This document shows positions 1 to 9,824 of a stretch of DNA of 64,000 bases, one piece after another. A program made the position numbers and the translations under genes. The stretch is from a bacterium (GTDB lineage: Bacteria; UBA8248): assembly GCA_965213685.1 (NCBI GenBank), contig CBDBZY010000038.1:1-64000 (forward strand), in the 5' to 3' direction. The number at the start of each line of letters is the position of its first letter. The first letter of the stretch is position 1. Below the pieces are notes generated by a model. That model saw only the letters and a program-made list of their open reading frames with translations, searched no databases and was not told the DNA's origin.

Positions 1-130
1 GTCCATGACGGGCAGGAGCGCGCGGGTGAACGCCAGGTCCGGGTCGCCCGCGGTGACGAACGGAAACAGGCCGGCCCGGCCCCTCGGTGCGCAGGTGCGC
101 GAAACGCGACTGCAGCCTGCCCGCCATCAT
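1..130 (-). CDS. trpA: Tryptophan synthase alpha subunit, N-terminal part (runs off window; one apparent frameshift)
   Basis: Manual translation [14 protein letters not shown] / [24 protein letters not shown]; overlaps the trpB stop. Confidence 0.85.
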   Translation of the reverse strand, partial: MMAGRLQSRFAHLRTEGPGRPVSVRHRGRPGPGVHPRAPARHG

Positions 131-1348
131 CCCGCATCCTCGTCGTCCAGCATCTCCGACAAAAGGCCCTCCGCCTGGTGCACGTCCTTGTCCCCCCGTC
201 CGGAGAGGCAGAGCAGCACGGTCTTCGTCTCGCCCGCCGCCCTCGCCTCCGCCCGCCAGGCGATCCAGGCAGGAGATCGCATGGGCACTCTCGAAAGCGG
301 GAATGATGCCCTCGAGAAGGGAGAGGCTCTGAAACGCCTTGAGCGCGTCGTGGTCCTCCACCGTCAGGTAGCGCGCCCCGCCCGGAATCCTTCAGGTGGG
401 CGTGCTCGGGCCCCACGCCCGGGTAATCGAGGCCCGCCGACACCGAATGCGCCGGGACGATCTGCCCGTCGGCGTCATAGAGCAGGAACGTCTCGCAGCC
501 GTGCAGGACGCCGACGCGGCCGGCGGTCAGGGACGCGCCGTGCTCCCCCGTGTCCAGCCCCCGGCCCCCCGCCTCCACGCCGATGAGCTCGACGTCCGCA
601 TCGTCCACGAAAGGGTGGAACAGGCCGATGGAATTGCTGCCGCCCCCCACGCAGGCCACGCAGGCGTCGGGGAGCCGGCCCTCCGCCTCCAGAATCTGCG
701 CGCGCGCCTCCCGCCCGATGACGGACTGGAAATCGCGGATCATCTCGGGAAACGGGTGGGGGCCCCACGACCGAGCCGATGATGTAGTGGGTCGTGCGCA
801 CGGAAGCCGTCCAGTCAGCGCAGCGTCTCGTTCGTGGCGTCCTTGAGGGTCTTGCTGCCCGAGGCGACGGGGACCACCCGCGCGCCGAGGAGCCGCATCC
901 GGAAGACGTTGAGCGATTGCCTGCCGATGTCCTCCTCCCCCATGTAGATGTCGCAGTCCAGGCCAAACAGGGCGGCGGCCGTGGCGGTGGCCACGCCGTG
1001 CTGGCCGGCGCCCGTCTCCGCGATGATTCGCGTCTTCCCCAGCCTCCGCGCCAGGAGCACCTGGGCGATCGTGTTGTTGATCTTGTGGGCACCCGTATGG
1101 CAGAGGTCCTCGCGCTTGAGATAGACCCGGAGCGCGCCCAGGTGCGCGGAGAGGCGTTCCGCGAGATACAGCGGCGTGGGCCTGCCCACGAACTCCCTCA
1201 GGTAGCCGGCGAGCTCCGCGTGAAACGCCGGGTCTTCGCGGGCGTCCTCGTAGGCGGCCTCCAGCTCCTCCAGCGCCGGCATGAGGGTTTCGGGGACGTA
1301 GCGCCCCCCGAATCGACCGAACCTCCCCCTGGAAACCAGTCTGCTCAA
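127..1348 (-). CDS. trpB: Tryptophan synthase beta subunit (several frameshifts in this assembly)
   Basis: [62 protein letters not shown] and LSGRGDKD, spread over different frames. Confidence 0.93.
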
Positions 1349-1997
1349 TCTTCCCGCTCCCTCCAGCTCCGATACCGACGCCCGCGCATTCCGGATAAAC
1401 CGCAAGACACGTTCGGGGTCCTTCCGACCCGGCACCGCCCCCTCCACCCCGCTGCTTGTATCCACGCCATAGGGCCGAACGCGCCGCACAGCGTCCGCCA
1501 CGTTGTCCGGACGCAGTCCCCCCGAGAGGATGATGGGCCCCGCCGCAGGCCGCCCGCTCGGCCAGCCGCCAGTCGAACGTCCTGCCCGTCCCCCCGAGCG
1601 CGCCCTCCACGTAGGCGTCAAGCAAAATGGCGCAGCCGGCGAAGGCGTCCATTTCCGCCATCGTTTCCGGACCTTTGACCCGCAAGCCCCGAATCACGCG
1701 CAAGCCCCGCCCGATGAGCCAGCGGCACTCCTCGGGCGTCTCGTCGCCGTGCAGCTGCGCCGCGTCCAGGCCGACGATGCGCGCGATCTCCGCCACGCGC
1801 TCCGCAGATTCGTTCACGAAAACGCCGACCCGCGTACCGAAGGGGGGCAGCGCCTCGCCCATCTCTCTCGCCTGTCCTATCTCCAGGCAACGGGGCGTGC
1901 CGGGAACAAAATTCAGTCCCAAGGCGTCGGCACCGGCGCGCAGCGCCCATTCGGCATCCTCCACCGTGGTCAGTCCGCAAATCTTCACCCGGATCAC
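1345..1997 (-). CDS. trpF: Phosphoribosylanthranilate isomerase (frameshift near 1550)
   Basis: [47 protein letters not shown]. Confidence 0.9.
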
Positions 1998-2304
1998 GGG
2001 GCGAAACCCTCCCAGACAAAGGAGCACTTATAGCACAGAGCGGGCGCGCAAGCCCAGAGGAGAGACGCCGCCTCTCCTCGCGGGCGAACGGTGCCTCCTC
2101 GCCCTCCGCGGGGAGGGAGAAAAAACGCCGCGCGGGACGCACAGGCCGTCCGCTCTCCGCGCGACGGACATCTCGTTTCGGGCGGGCGGAATTCTCTCGC
2201 GGCTGTGGGATGACGTTTCCGGCGAAGCGCGCGGGGCTTCTACGGGCGGCGAAACCAGGAGGGCGGAGCGATGCGGCATCTCTGCGGAAATCGGGAAGAC
2301 TCCA

Positions 2305-3018
2305 TCACCCGCCGCCGAGATACATCATCTTGACGTCCTGGTTGTTCAGGAGTTCATGGCCGCCGCCCTCGTAGCGATTCTTGCCGAGCTCCAGCACGTA
2401 GCCGCGGTCGGAAATCTCCAGGGCGCGGGCGGCGTTCTGCTCGACGAGCATGATGGTCAGTCCCTCTTTGGCGAGGCTCACGATCTTCTCGAACACCTCG
2501 GTCACGAAGCGGGGGCTCAACCCCAGGGACGGCTCATCCAGCATGATCATCTTGGGCCTCGTCATCAGGGCGCGGCCCATCGCCAGCATCTGCTGCTCGC
2601 CGCCGCTCATGGTGCCCGCCAGCTGCTTCTGCCGCTCGCCGAGGCGGGGGAACAGGGTGAATACGTAGTCCATCGCCTCGTTGATTTTCGCCTGGTCGCG
2701 CTGGATATAGGCGCCCATCTCCAGGTTTTCCTTGACCGTCATCTGGTTGAACACGATGCGGCCCTGCGGCACGTAGCCCAGCCCCCGCCTCAGAATCTGG
2801 TCCGGCCGATAGCCGACGATGTTCTGATCCTCGAACATGATCTCGCCGCCCAGATAGTTGATGAAGCCCATGATGATCTTGAACGTGGTGGATTTCCCCG
2901 CCCCGTTCGGGCCGATGACGGCCACCACCTCGTTTTCGTTCACGTGGAGCGACACGTGGTGGAGTATCTGGATTCTGCCGTACGCCGCGTTGACGTCCTT
3001 GAGTTCTAGTAGCGCCAT
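2305..3018 (-). CDS. livF: Branched-chain amino acid-type ABC transporter ATPase (LivF-like)
   Basis: Walker A GPNGAGKST, MSGGEQQMLA, LDEPSLGL. Confidence 0.9.
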   Translation of the reverse strand: MALLELKDVNAAYGRIQILHHVSLHVNENEVVAVIGPNGAGKSTTFKIIMGFINYLGGEIMFEDQNIVGYRPDQILRRGLGYVPQGRIVFNQMTVKENLEMGAYIQRDQAKINEAMDYVFTLFPRLGERQKQLAGTMSGGEQQMLAMGRALMTRPKMIMLDEPSLGLSPRFVTEVFEKIVSLAKEGLTIMLVEQNAARALEISDRGYVLELGKNRYEGGGHELLNNQDVKMMYLGGG

Positions 3019-3747
3019 TTACTTGTGTCCAAAATAGGCTTCGATGACTTCCTCGTTCGTTTGAATGTCCTCGGGCAGGCCTTCGGCGATTTTCACGCCG
3101 TAGTCCAGCACGAACACCTTCTCGCAGTGATTCATGATGACGTTCATGTCGTGCTCGACGATGAGCACCGTCTTTCCCTGCTCCTCCTGGAGGTGGTGGA
3201 TGTGCGCGAGCAGGTTGTTCAGCAACGTTCTGTTGACGCCGGCGGCCGGCTCGTCCAGGAGGATCAGGTCCGGGTCCGTCATGAGGGCGCGGGCGAATTC
3301 GAGAAGCTTCTGCTGGCCATAGGAGAGGTTTCCGCCATACTCGCCGCGAAGTTTCGTGAGCGTGACGAACTCCATGAGCTGGGCCGCCCGATCGCGCGCC
3401 TCGCTCACGGGCATCTTCATGCTCGAGGCGGAGAGCATGTTCTCGAACACCGTCATCTCGCGATAGATGCGGGTGATCTGAAAGGTGCGGCTGATGCCCT
3501 TGTTGAAGATTTGGTAGGGCTTCAGGCCCGCGATGTCCTCCCCGTTGTAGAACACGGAGCCGCTGTCCGCCTGGAGAATGCCGGTGAGCAGGTTGAACGT
3601 GGTGGTCTTCCCGGAGCCGTTCGGCCCGATCAGGCCCGATATCTTGCCCTTGGGCACCTGGAAGGTGCACCCGTCCACCGCTTTGATGCCGCCAAAATAT
3701 TTTTTGAGGTCTCGAATATCGAGAGCAATTTCTTCCGCTTCGGCCAT
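3019..3747 (-). CDS. livG: Branched-chain amino acid-type ABC transporter ATPase (LivG-like)
   Basis: GPNGSGKTT, LSYGQQKLLE, LLDEPAAG, VEHDM. Confidence 0.9.
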   Translation of the reverse strand: MAEAEEIALDIRDLKKYFGGIKAVDGCTFQVPKGKISGLIGPNGSGKTTTFNLLTGILQADSGSVFYNGEDIAGLKPYQIFNKGISRTFQITRIYREMTVFENMLSASSMKMPVSEARDRAAQLMEFVTLTKLRGEYGGNLSYGQQKLLEFARALMTDPDLILLDEPAAGVNRTLLNNLLAHIHHLQEEQGKTVLIVEHDMNVIMNHCEKVFVLDYGVKIAEGLPEDIQTNEEVIEAYFGHK

Positions 3748-3768
3748 TTTCTCGCGCGACTCCGCTTC

Positions 3769-4707
3769 CTAGTGAACCATCCCCTTGCGCGCCCAGCCCT
3801 TGTCGACGGCGAAGCCCATCAGCCCGCGCGGCATGAAGCGGGCCACGAGGACGATGAATACGCCAAAGGCGATGAGGTGGGCGGTGGGGAATTTCACCCA
3901 GGTGATTTCCTGAACGATATACAGGATGAACGTGCCCAGGATGGGACCGATCACGGTTCCCTTCCCGCCGAACATCGCAAACAGCTTCATGTAGATGGTG
4001 ACGAGAATGAAGAACTCGGTTTCGGGATCGATATAGAGAATCTTGTACGCCTGTATGCCGCCGGCCGCCGCCGGGAAGATGGCGGAGAGGGCGAAGGCGG
4101 AGAGCTTGTAGAACGTGGTGTTGATGCCCAGGCTCTCGGCCGCGATCTCGTCCTCGCGTATGGCGTTCAGCCGGATGCCGAACCGCGAGTGCCCCACCCA
4201 GTAGGACACGACGATGGTGATGAGCATGACCACCAGCATGGCAAAGTAGGTTTCAAAGGAGTTTTCCACGTTGGGCAGCCCGATCCCCTCGCCGCCGTGG
4301 GTGAGGCTCTCCCACACCGTGGCCACCACGCGCGTGCCCTCCGCGGCGCCCAGCATCGCGATGGCGAAATACGGGCCCTTGAGGCGCAGGACCGGATATC
4401 CGATGACCAGGGAGACCACGAAGGAGACGAACACGCCCACGAAGAGGGTCGGCACCCAGTGCCACCCGTAGTCCACCACCAGAATGGCCGTGGCGTAGGC
4501 GCCGATGCCGTAGAACATCACATGGCCGAACGACACGTAGCCCGTATAGCCGCTGATGATGTTCCAGCTCAGCGAGAGAACGACATACATCATCGTGAAA
4601 AGGACGACGGAGCGCAGATACAGGTTGATCTGCCCCGGCAGGATGGCCAGGACGATGGTGAGCGCGGCGAGCATTCCGAAGTTGCGGATGTGCTCTTTTT
4701 GGGCCAT
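3769..4707 (-). CDS. livM: Branched-chain amino acid-type ABC permease (LivM-like)
   Basis: SWNIISGYTGYVSFGH, LRLKGPYFAI, AIREDEIAAESLGIN. Confidence 0.88.
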   Translation of the reverse strand: MAQKEHIRNFGMLAALTIVLAILPGQINLYLRSVVLFTMMYVVLSLSWNIISGYTGYVSFGHVMFYGIGAYATAILVVDYGWHWVPTLFVGVFVSFVVSLVIGYPVLRLKGPYFAIAMLGAAEGTRVVATVWESLTHGGEGIGLPNVENSFETYFAMLVVMLITIVVSYWVGHSRFGIRLNAIREDEIAAESLGINTTFYKLSAFALSAIFPAAAGGIQAYKILYIDPETEFFILVTIYMKLFAMFGGKGTVIGPILGTFILYIVQEITWVKFPTAHLIAFGVFIVLVARFMPRGLMGFAVDKGWARKGMVH

Positions 4708-4718
4708 TCGTTCCTCTC

Positions 4719-5708
4719 CTAGTTCTCTTTCGGGCCCATCAGGCCGCGCGGCCTGATAAGCAGCACGAAAACCATCATCCCGTAGGACGCGATCTCCACC
4801 ATGGCGGTGCCGTTGGGAATCATGAAGGAGATGAGGCTCTCGATGACCGCCAGCATCACCCCCCCGATGAGCGCGCCGATGTAGTGGCCCCTGCCCCCAA
4901 GCACGATGATGGCGAAAGCCTGCAGCGTATATAAAACGCCCGTTTCCGGATTGAAGCCGAACTGAATCGACACCAGCGCACCGCCCGCCACCGCGAGTGC
5001 GGCGGCCAGCCCCGAGGTGATCATGTAGATATGAAAGATGTTGATGCCGCAGACCATGGCGACGTCGGCGTTTTGGGCCGTGGCGCGTATGGCCTTGCCG
5101 ATGCGGTGCAGCTTCAGGAAAAAGAACACGCTGATGGAGATGAAGGCGGCCATGACGAAGCTGATGATCTTGCTCCTGCCCACCGCGATGGACTCGGTAA
5201 TTTGCAGCGCGTCGGGAGCATAGGGGATGGTTCGGTAATCGGTGGTGAAGATCGCCTCCACGATGTGGATGATCGTCAGCCCCAGGCCGAACGTGATCAG
5301 CAGGGGGGTGAGTTCCGGCCCGCCCACCACCGCGTTCAGGAGCAGCTTCTGAATCAGGATGCCGATGAGGAAGGCGATGGGAAGCGTGAAGAAAAGGGCG
5401 AGGAGGGGGTCAACTCCCACGAAGAAGAAGAACACCCAGGTCAGGTAGGCGCCCAGCATCACCATCTCGCCGTGGGCCACGTTGATGATGCGCATGACCC
5501 CGAAAATGAGGGTGAGCCCCACGGCGAACATGGCGTATACGCCGCCCTGCATGACGCCGTTCAGGATGACGGTGGTCAGATCGGCCAGCCACTGGAGATC
5601 GAAGAAGACGTTGTCCGTATAGACCCCGATGCCGAAGGGGACCGTGTAGGCTGCGACCAGAAACACCGCCAGCTGATATTTGCTTCGGATTTCGGCTTTC
5701 TCTTGCAT
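4719..5708 (-). CDS. livH: Branched-chain amino acid-type ABC permease (LivH-like)
   Basis: GLTLIFGVMRIINVAHGE, GKAIRATAQN, LLIRPRGLMG. Confidence 0.88.
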   Translation of the reverse strand: MQEKAEIRSKYQLAVFLVAAYTVPFGIGVYTDNVFFDLQWLADLTTVILNGVMQGGVYAMFAVGLTLIFGVMRIINVAHGEMVMLGAYLTWVFFFFVGVDPLLALFFTLPIAFLIGILIQKLLLNAVVGGPELTPLLITFGLGLTIIHIVEAIFTTDYRTIPYAPDALQITESIAVGRSKIISFVMAAFISISVFFFLKLHRIGKAIRATAQNADVAMVCGINIFHIYMITSGLAAALAVAGGALVSIQFGFNPETGVLYTLQAFAIIVLGGRGHYIGALIGGVMLAVIESLISFMIPNGTAMVEIASYGMMVFVLLIRPRGLMGPKEN

Positions 5709-5873
5709 GAGAAATCATACCCTCAGACAGCGCGGAATGCGCGACACCAAACCAGCACGACCTGTGCGTTCTCTCCGCGCCCCAACGCGCCGGGGCCGCC
5801 TCTCAACAGCCCCGACGCGCGGGCGAAATGGAGTGTGTATGCTATTTTCGCCGTCGACGCATCCTTCTCCCGT

Positions 5874-7070
5874 CTAGTTCTTCGAGCGGGACTTCCAGGT
5901 CGGCATCGGCAGCTTGTAGGGAACTTCCGATATCTTCTTCGGCCACACGATCTTGCGCTCGCCGTTCAGTATCTGGAAGGTCAGCCCCTCGTGTTGGTTC
6001 AGGTTGTTCTCATCCACTTTCCAGGGACCGATGATGGTCGTGGTCTTCATGCTGCGCAGCTGCTTCCACACCTTCTCCCTGTCCGTGGAGCCCACCTTCG
6101 ACACGGCGGTGCCGAAAATCTGCAAGGCCGCGTAGGCCTGCCCGGCGTGGTAGTTCGGCTTCACGCCGTGGCGCCTCTCATACTCCGCGATGAACGCCTC
6201 CATGCCGGGCCGCTTGAGGATGGCCGGCTTCGGCTCCCACTGGCTGAAGCCCAGCACGTATTCCGCCGTGTTGCCGAGCTGCTTGGCGAACTTCGGCAGG
6301 CCCGGGCCGACGGTCCCGGCGAAAATCTTCAGGTTGATGTTCAACTCCCGAAGCTGGCGAATCTGCGCCGAGGCGTCGGCGAAATAGCTGTTCGAGATGA
6401 GCGCCCCCGCGCGGCGCGCCTTGATCTTCTGCAACAGCGCGGTGAAGTCCGTCTGCTTGCGCGGATAGTTCTCGTTCAGCACCACCTTCAGACCCAGCTT
6501 CTTCGCCCACTCCACGGCCCCCTCGGCCGACTGCCGGGGAAAGAGGCTGTCCTCGCCCACGATGGCGATGCGCTTCACGCCAATCTCCTTGGCCAGGTGA
6601 ATCGCGCCCTTCTGATAGTCCTGGGCGATGGCGATGATGTTGAACAGATACTTGCGTCCCTTCTTCCAGATGATGCCCGAGGAGGCGCCCGGGGCCATCG
6701 TGGGATACTTGTACCTTTCCAGGACGTTGGCCACGGCGTCGGTGATGCCGCTGGAGTAGGGGCCGATGGTCAGGTTCACCTTGTCCTGGGTGATGAGCTT
6801 CTCATAGAGCTTGATGCTCGTCTGCTTGTCCGACTTGTCGTCCAGCAGGATGAAATCGATTTTCTTGCCGTTCCATCCGCCCTTGGCGTTCGCCTCGTCC
6901 ACATACAGCTTGTAGCCGTTCACCATGCGTCCGGCAGGCTCGGCGTAGCGGCCCGTCTGCGAAATGGCGATCCCCAGGGTGACCTTGTCCGCCGCGAAGC
7001 CCTTCTCCACGAAGGGCACCGCCGTGAGGGCGACGGCAAAGCCGATAATCAATACCAGGCTTCTCTTCAT
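5874..7070 (-). CDS. Leu/Ile/Val-family ABC substrate-binding protein, copy 1
   Basis: Signal peptide; SQTGRYAEP, DDKSD, GPYSSGIT; start set at MKRSLVL after an AGGAGG RBS. Confidence 0.88.
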   Translation of the reverse strand: MKRSLVLIIGFAVALTAVPFVEKGFAADKVTLGIAISQTGRYAEPAGRMVNGYKLYVDEANAKGGWNGKKIDFILLDDKSDKQTSIKLYEKLITQDKVNLTIGPYSSGITDAVANVLERYKYPTMAPGASSGIIWKKGRKYLFNIIAIAQDYQKGAIHLAKEIGVKRIAIVGEDSLFPRQSAEGAVEWAKKLGLKVVLNENYPRKQTDFTALLQKIKARRAGALISNSYFADASAQIRQLRELNINLKIFAGTVGPGLPKFAKQLGNTAEYVLGFSQWEPKPAILKRPGMEAFIAEYERRHGVKPNYHAGQAYAALQIFGTAVSKVGSTDREKVWKQLRSMKTTTIIGPWKVDENNLNQHEGLTFQILNGERKIVWPKKISEVPYKLPMPTWKSRSKN

Positions 7071-7450
7071 GTCTTCTACTCCTCCTCTCAAAGTGTGAAC
7101 AAGCAATTCTATGTATTGCCCTTCCGCTCCGATATCCGATAAAACACACTAAGGATGTCTTCACCCGAACAACTTACACTCGAACAACGCCCATGCAAGC
7201 GTGCGCTACGCTTCCAGAACCCAGGCGCATGAAACCGCCCGCGCACGCTCCACTCTTTGGCATGTTCGTATCATACGCATATTGTTTGAGATGTCAAACA
7301 AAGAATTTTGGGGAAGAATTATTGGGGGGAATCCGGGGGAGCGGCCCCCACGCCACGGGCGCCTCTCCGCGAGCGAAACGGCCCGCCCCCGCGTGTGCGC
7401 ACAGGGGGCGGGCGTCCGGTCCGCGTTCTCTTGTGCCTTACGTCCGCCTC

Positions 7451-8644
7451 CTAGTTCTTCGCCCTGTCCTTCCATTTGGGCATCGGCAGCTTGTAGGGTG
7501 CCTCCGCAATCTTCTTCGGCCAGACGATCTTGCGCTTGCCATCGAGAATCTGGAACGTCAGCCCCTCGTGATCGTTGAGGTTGTTCTCATCGACTTTCCA
7601 GGTTCCCATCACGGTCGGAAACGACGACGTGCGCAACGCCTTCCAGACCTCGTGGCGATCATGGGAGCCCGCCTTGGTTATCGCCTGGCTCGTGATCTGC
7701 ATCGCCACGTAGGCGATTCCGGCGTGGTAGTTCGGCTTGATGCCGTGGCGCTTCTCATACGCGGAGATGAACTGCTCCATGCCCGGGAATTTCAGGATGG
7801 CCGGCTTCGGCTCCCACTGGCTGAAGCCCAGCACGTATTCCGCCGTGTTGCCAAGCTGCTTGGCGAACCTCGGCAGGCCCGGGCCGACGGTGCCGGCGAA
7901 AATCTGGAGGTTGATGTTCAACTCCCGCAGCTGGCGAATCTGCGCCGAGGCGTCGGCGAAATAGCTGTTCGAGATGAGCGCCTCCGCGCGGCGCGCCTTG
8001 ATCTTCTGCAGCAGCGCGGTGAAGTCCGTCTGCTTGCGCGGATAGTTCTCGTTCAGCACCACCTCCAGACCCAGCTTCTTCGCCCACTCCACCGCACCCT
8101 CGGCCGACTGCCGGGGAAAGAGGCTGTCCTCGCCCACGATGGCGATGCGCTTCACGCCAATCTCCTTGGCCAGGTGAATCGCGCCCCTTTGGTAATTCTG
8201 GGCGATGGCGTTCTGGTTGAAGATGTACTTCCTGCCCTTTTGCCACACCACCTTGGAGGAGGCCCCGGGTGCCAGCGTGGGATACTTGTACCTTTCCAGG
8301 ACGTTGGCCACGGCGTCGGTGATGCCGCTGGAGTAGGGGCCGAGCGTGAGGTCCACCTTGTCCTGCGTGATGAGCTTCTCGAAGAGCTTGATGCTCGTCT
8401 GCTTGTCCGACTTGTCGTCCAGGAGAACCACCTTCATTTTCTTGCCCAGCAGGCCGCCCCTGGCGTTCTGCTGATCGGCGAACAGGCGATAGGCGTTGAC
8501 GAATCGGCCCGCCGGCTCCGCATAGCGGCCCGTCTGGGAGATGGCCCCGCCAAAGGTTATCTCGTCCGCCGCCAGGGCCGGGCCCGCGAAAAGAGTCCCC
8601 GTCACCATCAGAGCCATCGCGGTGAAGATGTGAGCCACTTTCAT
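7451..8644 (-). CDS. Leu/Ile/Val-family ABC substrate-binding protein, copy 2 (tandem paralog)
   Basis: Same motifs as copy 1, with long near-identical DNA blocks. Confidence 0.88.
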   Translation of the reverse strand: MKVAHIFTAMALMVTGTLFAGPALAADEITFGGAISQTGRYAEPAGRFVNAYRLFADQQNARGGLLGKKMKVVLLDDKSDKQTSIKLFEKLITQDKVDLTLGPYSSGITDAVANVLERYKYPTLAPGASSKVVWQKGRKYIFNQNAIAQNYQRGAIHLAKEIGVKRIAIVGEDSLFPRQSAEGAVEWAKKLGLEVVLNENYPRKQTDFTALLQKIKARRAEALISNSYFADASAQIRQLRELNINLQIFAGTVGPGLPRFAKQLGNTAEYVLGFSQWEPKPAILKFPGMEQFISAYEKRHGIKPNYHAGIAYVAMQITSQAITKAGSHDRHEVWKALRTSSFPTVMGTWKVDENNLNDHEGLTFQILDGKRKIVWPKKIAEAPYKLPMPKWKDRAKN

Positions 8645-8885
8645 TTTCTATCCTCCTCGTGCAGGGGTGGAAAGAGGTTGTGTCTCGCGGCAAAACATCT
8701 GCCCCATCACACAGACAAATGGTTCCACAAGCAGCGTGAAACGAAGAACCCTTAGGATTACATGATGCGCGCATGCGCGTTCGCTGCGAGATGCGATTAC
8801 AAGATGCGAAGCGCCACCGCGCGGCGGCGCGATTTTTCGAGAAGGGGCAATTCTAGCCTGATCAAGGAGAGAATGTCCAAACCGC

Positions 8886-9338
8886 CTATTTTAAGCTTTT
8901 GGGAGGTTCCGCCGTCTCCGCGTTCACCACGCACTCCTCCACCCAGGCCACCCCGTCCGCGCCGTATTCCTTTTTCCAAATCGGCACGATCTGCTTGATG
9001 CGATCGATCGCGTAGCGGCAAGCCTTGAAGGCCGCGTCCCGATGGGCGGAGGCCGCCGCGATGCCCACCGCCACGTCGCCCACCCGCAGCGTTCCCACGC
9101 GATGCGCCATCGCCAGATGGGTGACGCCGAAACGCTCCCCGACCTCCTCGGCGACCTGGCGCATCTTCTTCTCCGCCATCTCCGGGTAGGCGTGATACTC
9201 CAGGTGCGTGACCGCCCGCCCCCCGCTGTGGTTCCTGACCCTGCCGATGAAGGTGCAGACCCCGCCCAGTTCGGGAGCCTCCAGGGCGTTCACCAACTCG
9301 TCCATCTGGATGGGAGAACCCGTGATGCGGCAGATCAT
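8886..9338 (-). CDS. moaE: Molybdopterin synthase catalytic subunit
   Basis: GGVCTFIGRVRN, LEYHAYPEMAEK, HRVGTL, SAHRDAAF, VPIWKKE. Confidence 0.93.
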   Translation of the reverse strand: MICRITGSPIQMDELVNALEAPELGGVCTFIGRVRNHSGGRAVTHLEYHAYPEMAEKKMRQVAEEVGERFGVTHLAMAHRVGTLRVGDVAVGIAAASAHRDAAFKACRYAIDRIKQIVPIWKKEYGADGVAWVEECVVNAETAEPPKSLK

Positions 9339-9586
9339 GGGCACCCCCCGCTGATGGGAGGAATCAACGCCAGCTCATCGCCCGCCGCTATGCGCGTGCC
9401 CTCGCCCGCGAACTCGCGGTTCACCGAGACGGCGATGGACTCCATGCGCCCGGAAAAGACGGGAAACCGCCCGGAGAGACTCTCTCTCAAATCGGCCACC
9501 GTGGCGGTTTCGGGGACTTCCAGGTCGATTTCATCCTCCCCCGTCACCTCTTTCGCCCAGGCAAAACACTTGACGCGAACTCTCAT
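9335..9586 (-). CDS. moaD: Molybdopterin synthase sulfur carrier
   Basis: Ubiquitin-like; VSVNREF...GDELALIPPISGG followed by CP. Confidence 0.9.
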   Translation of the reverse strand: MRVRVKCFAWAKEVTGEDEIDLEVPETATVADLRESLSGRFPVFSGRMESIAVSVNREFAGEGTRIAAGDELALIPPISGGCP

Positions 9587-9824
9587 GCGACCCCCCACCC
9601 AGAGAAAACATGCGCAAACACAGCTTCCGTGAAACGCCCCGTCCCGGACCCCGCCACGAATGGCGCCGCCGCCGCGCCTCGGAAAACCTTGCGACGCCCC
9701 GTATCCTTCCCCTCTCGTCCCAGCGTCCGTCGTCCGGCGAAGTCAGCATAGATATTCCGCCCCGCAGAATCAAGGGGAGTTCCCGCGGCCGCCTTTTCTC
9801 CCCTTCCGATGTATACTCGCCGGC

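Noticed and set aside
815-1621. Apparent TrpF-TrpB fusion
   Set aside because: An RBS and a TTGA start/stop overlap at 1345-1348 fit separate genes, and the region has many indels; probably an artefact.
1-1997. trp genes as pseudogenes or programmed frameshifts
   Set aside because: Frameshifts cluster at the window start, often in short homopolymers, while catalytic motifs are intact; sequencing error is more likely.
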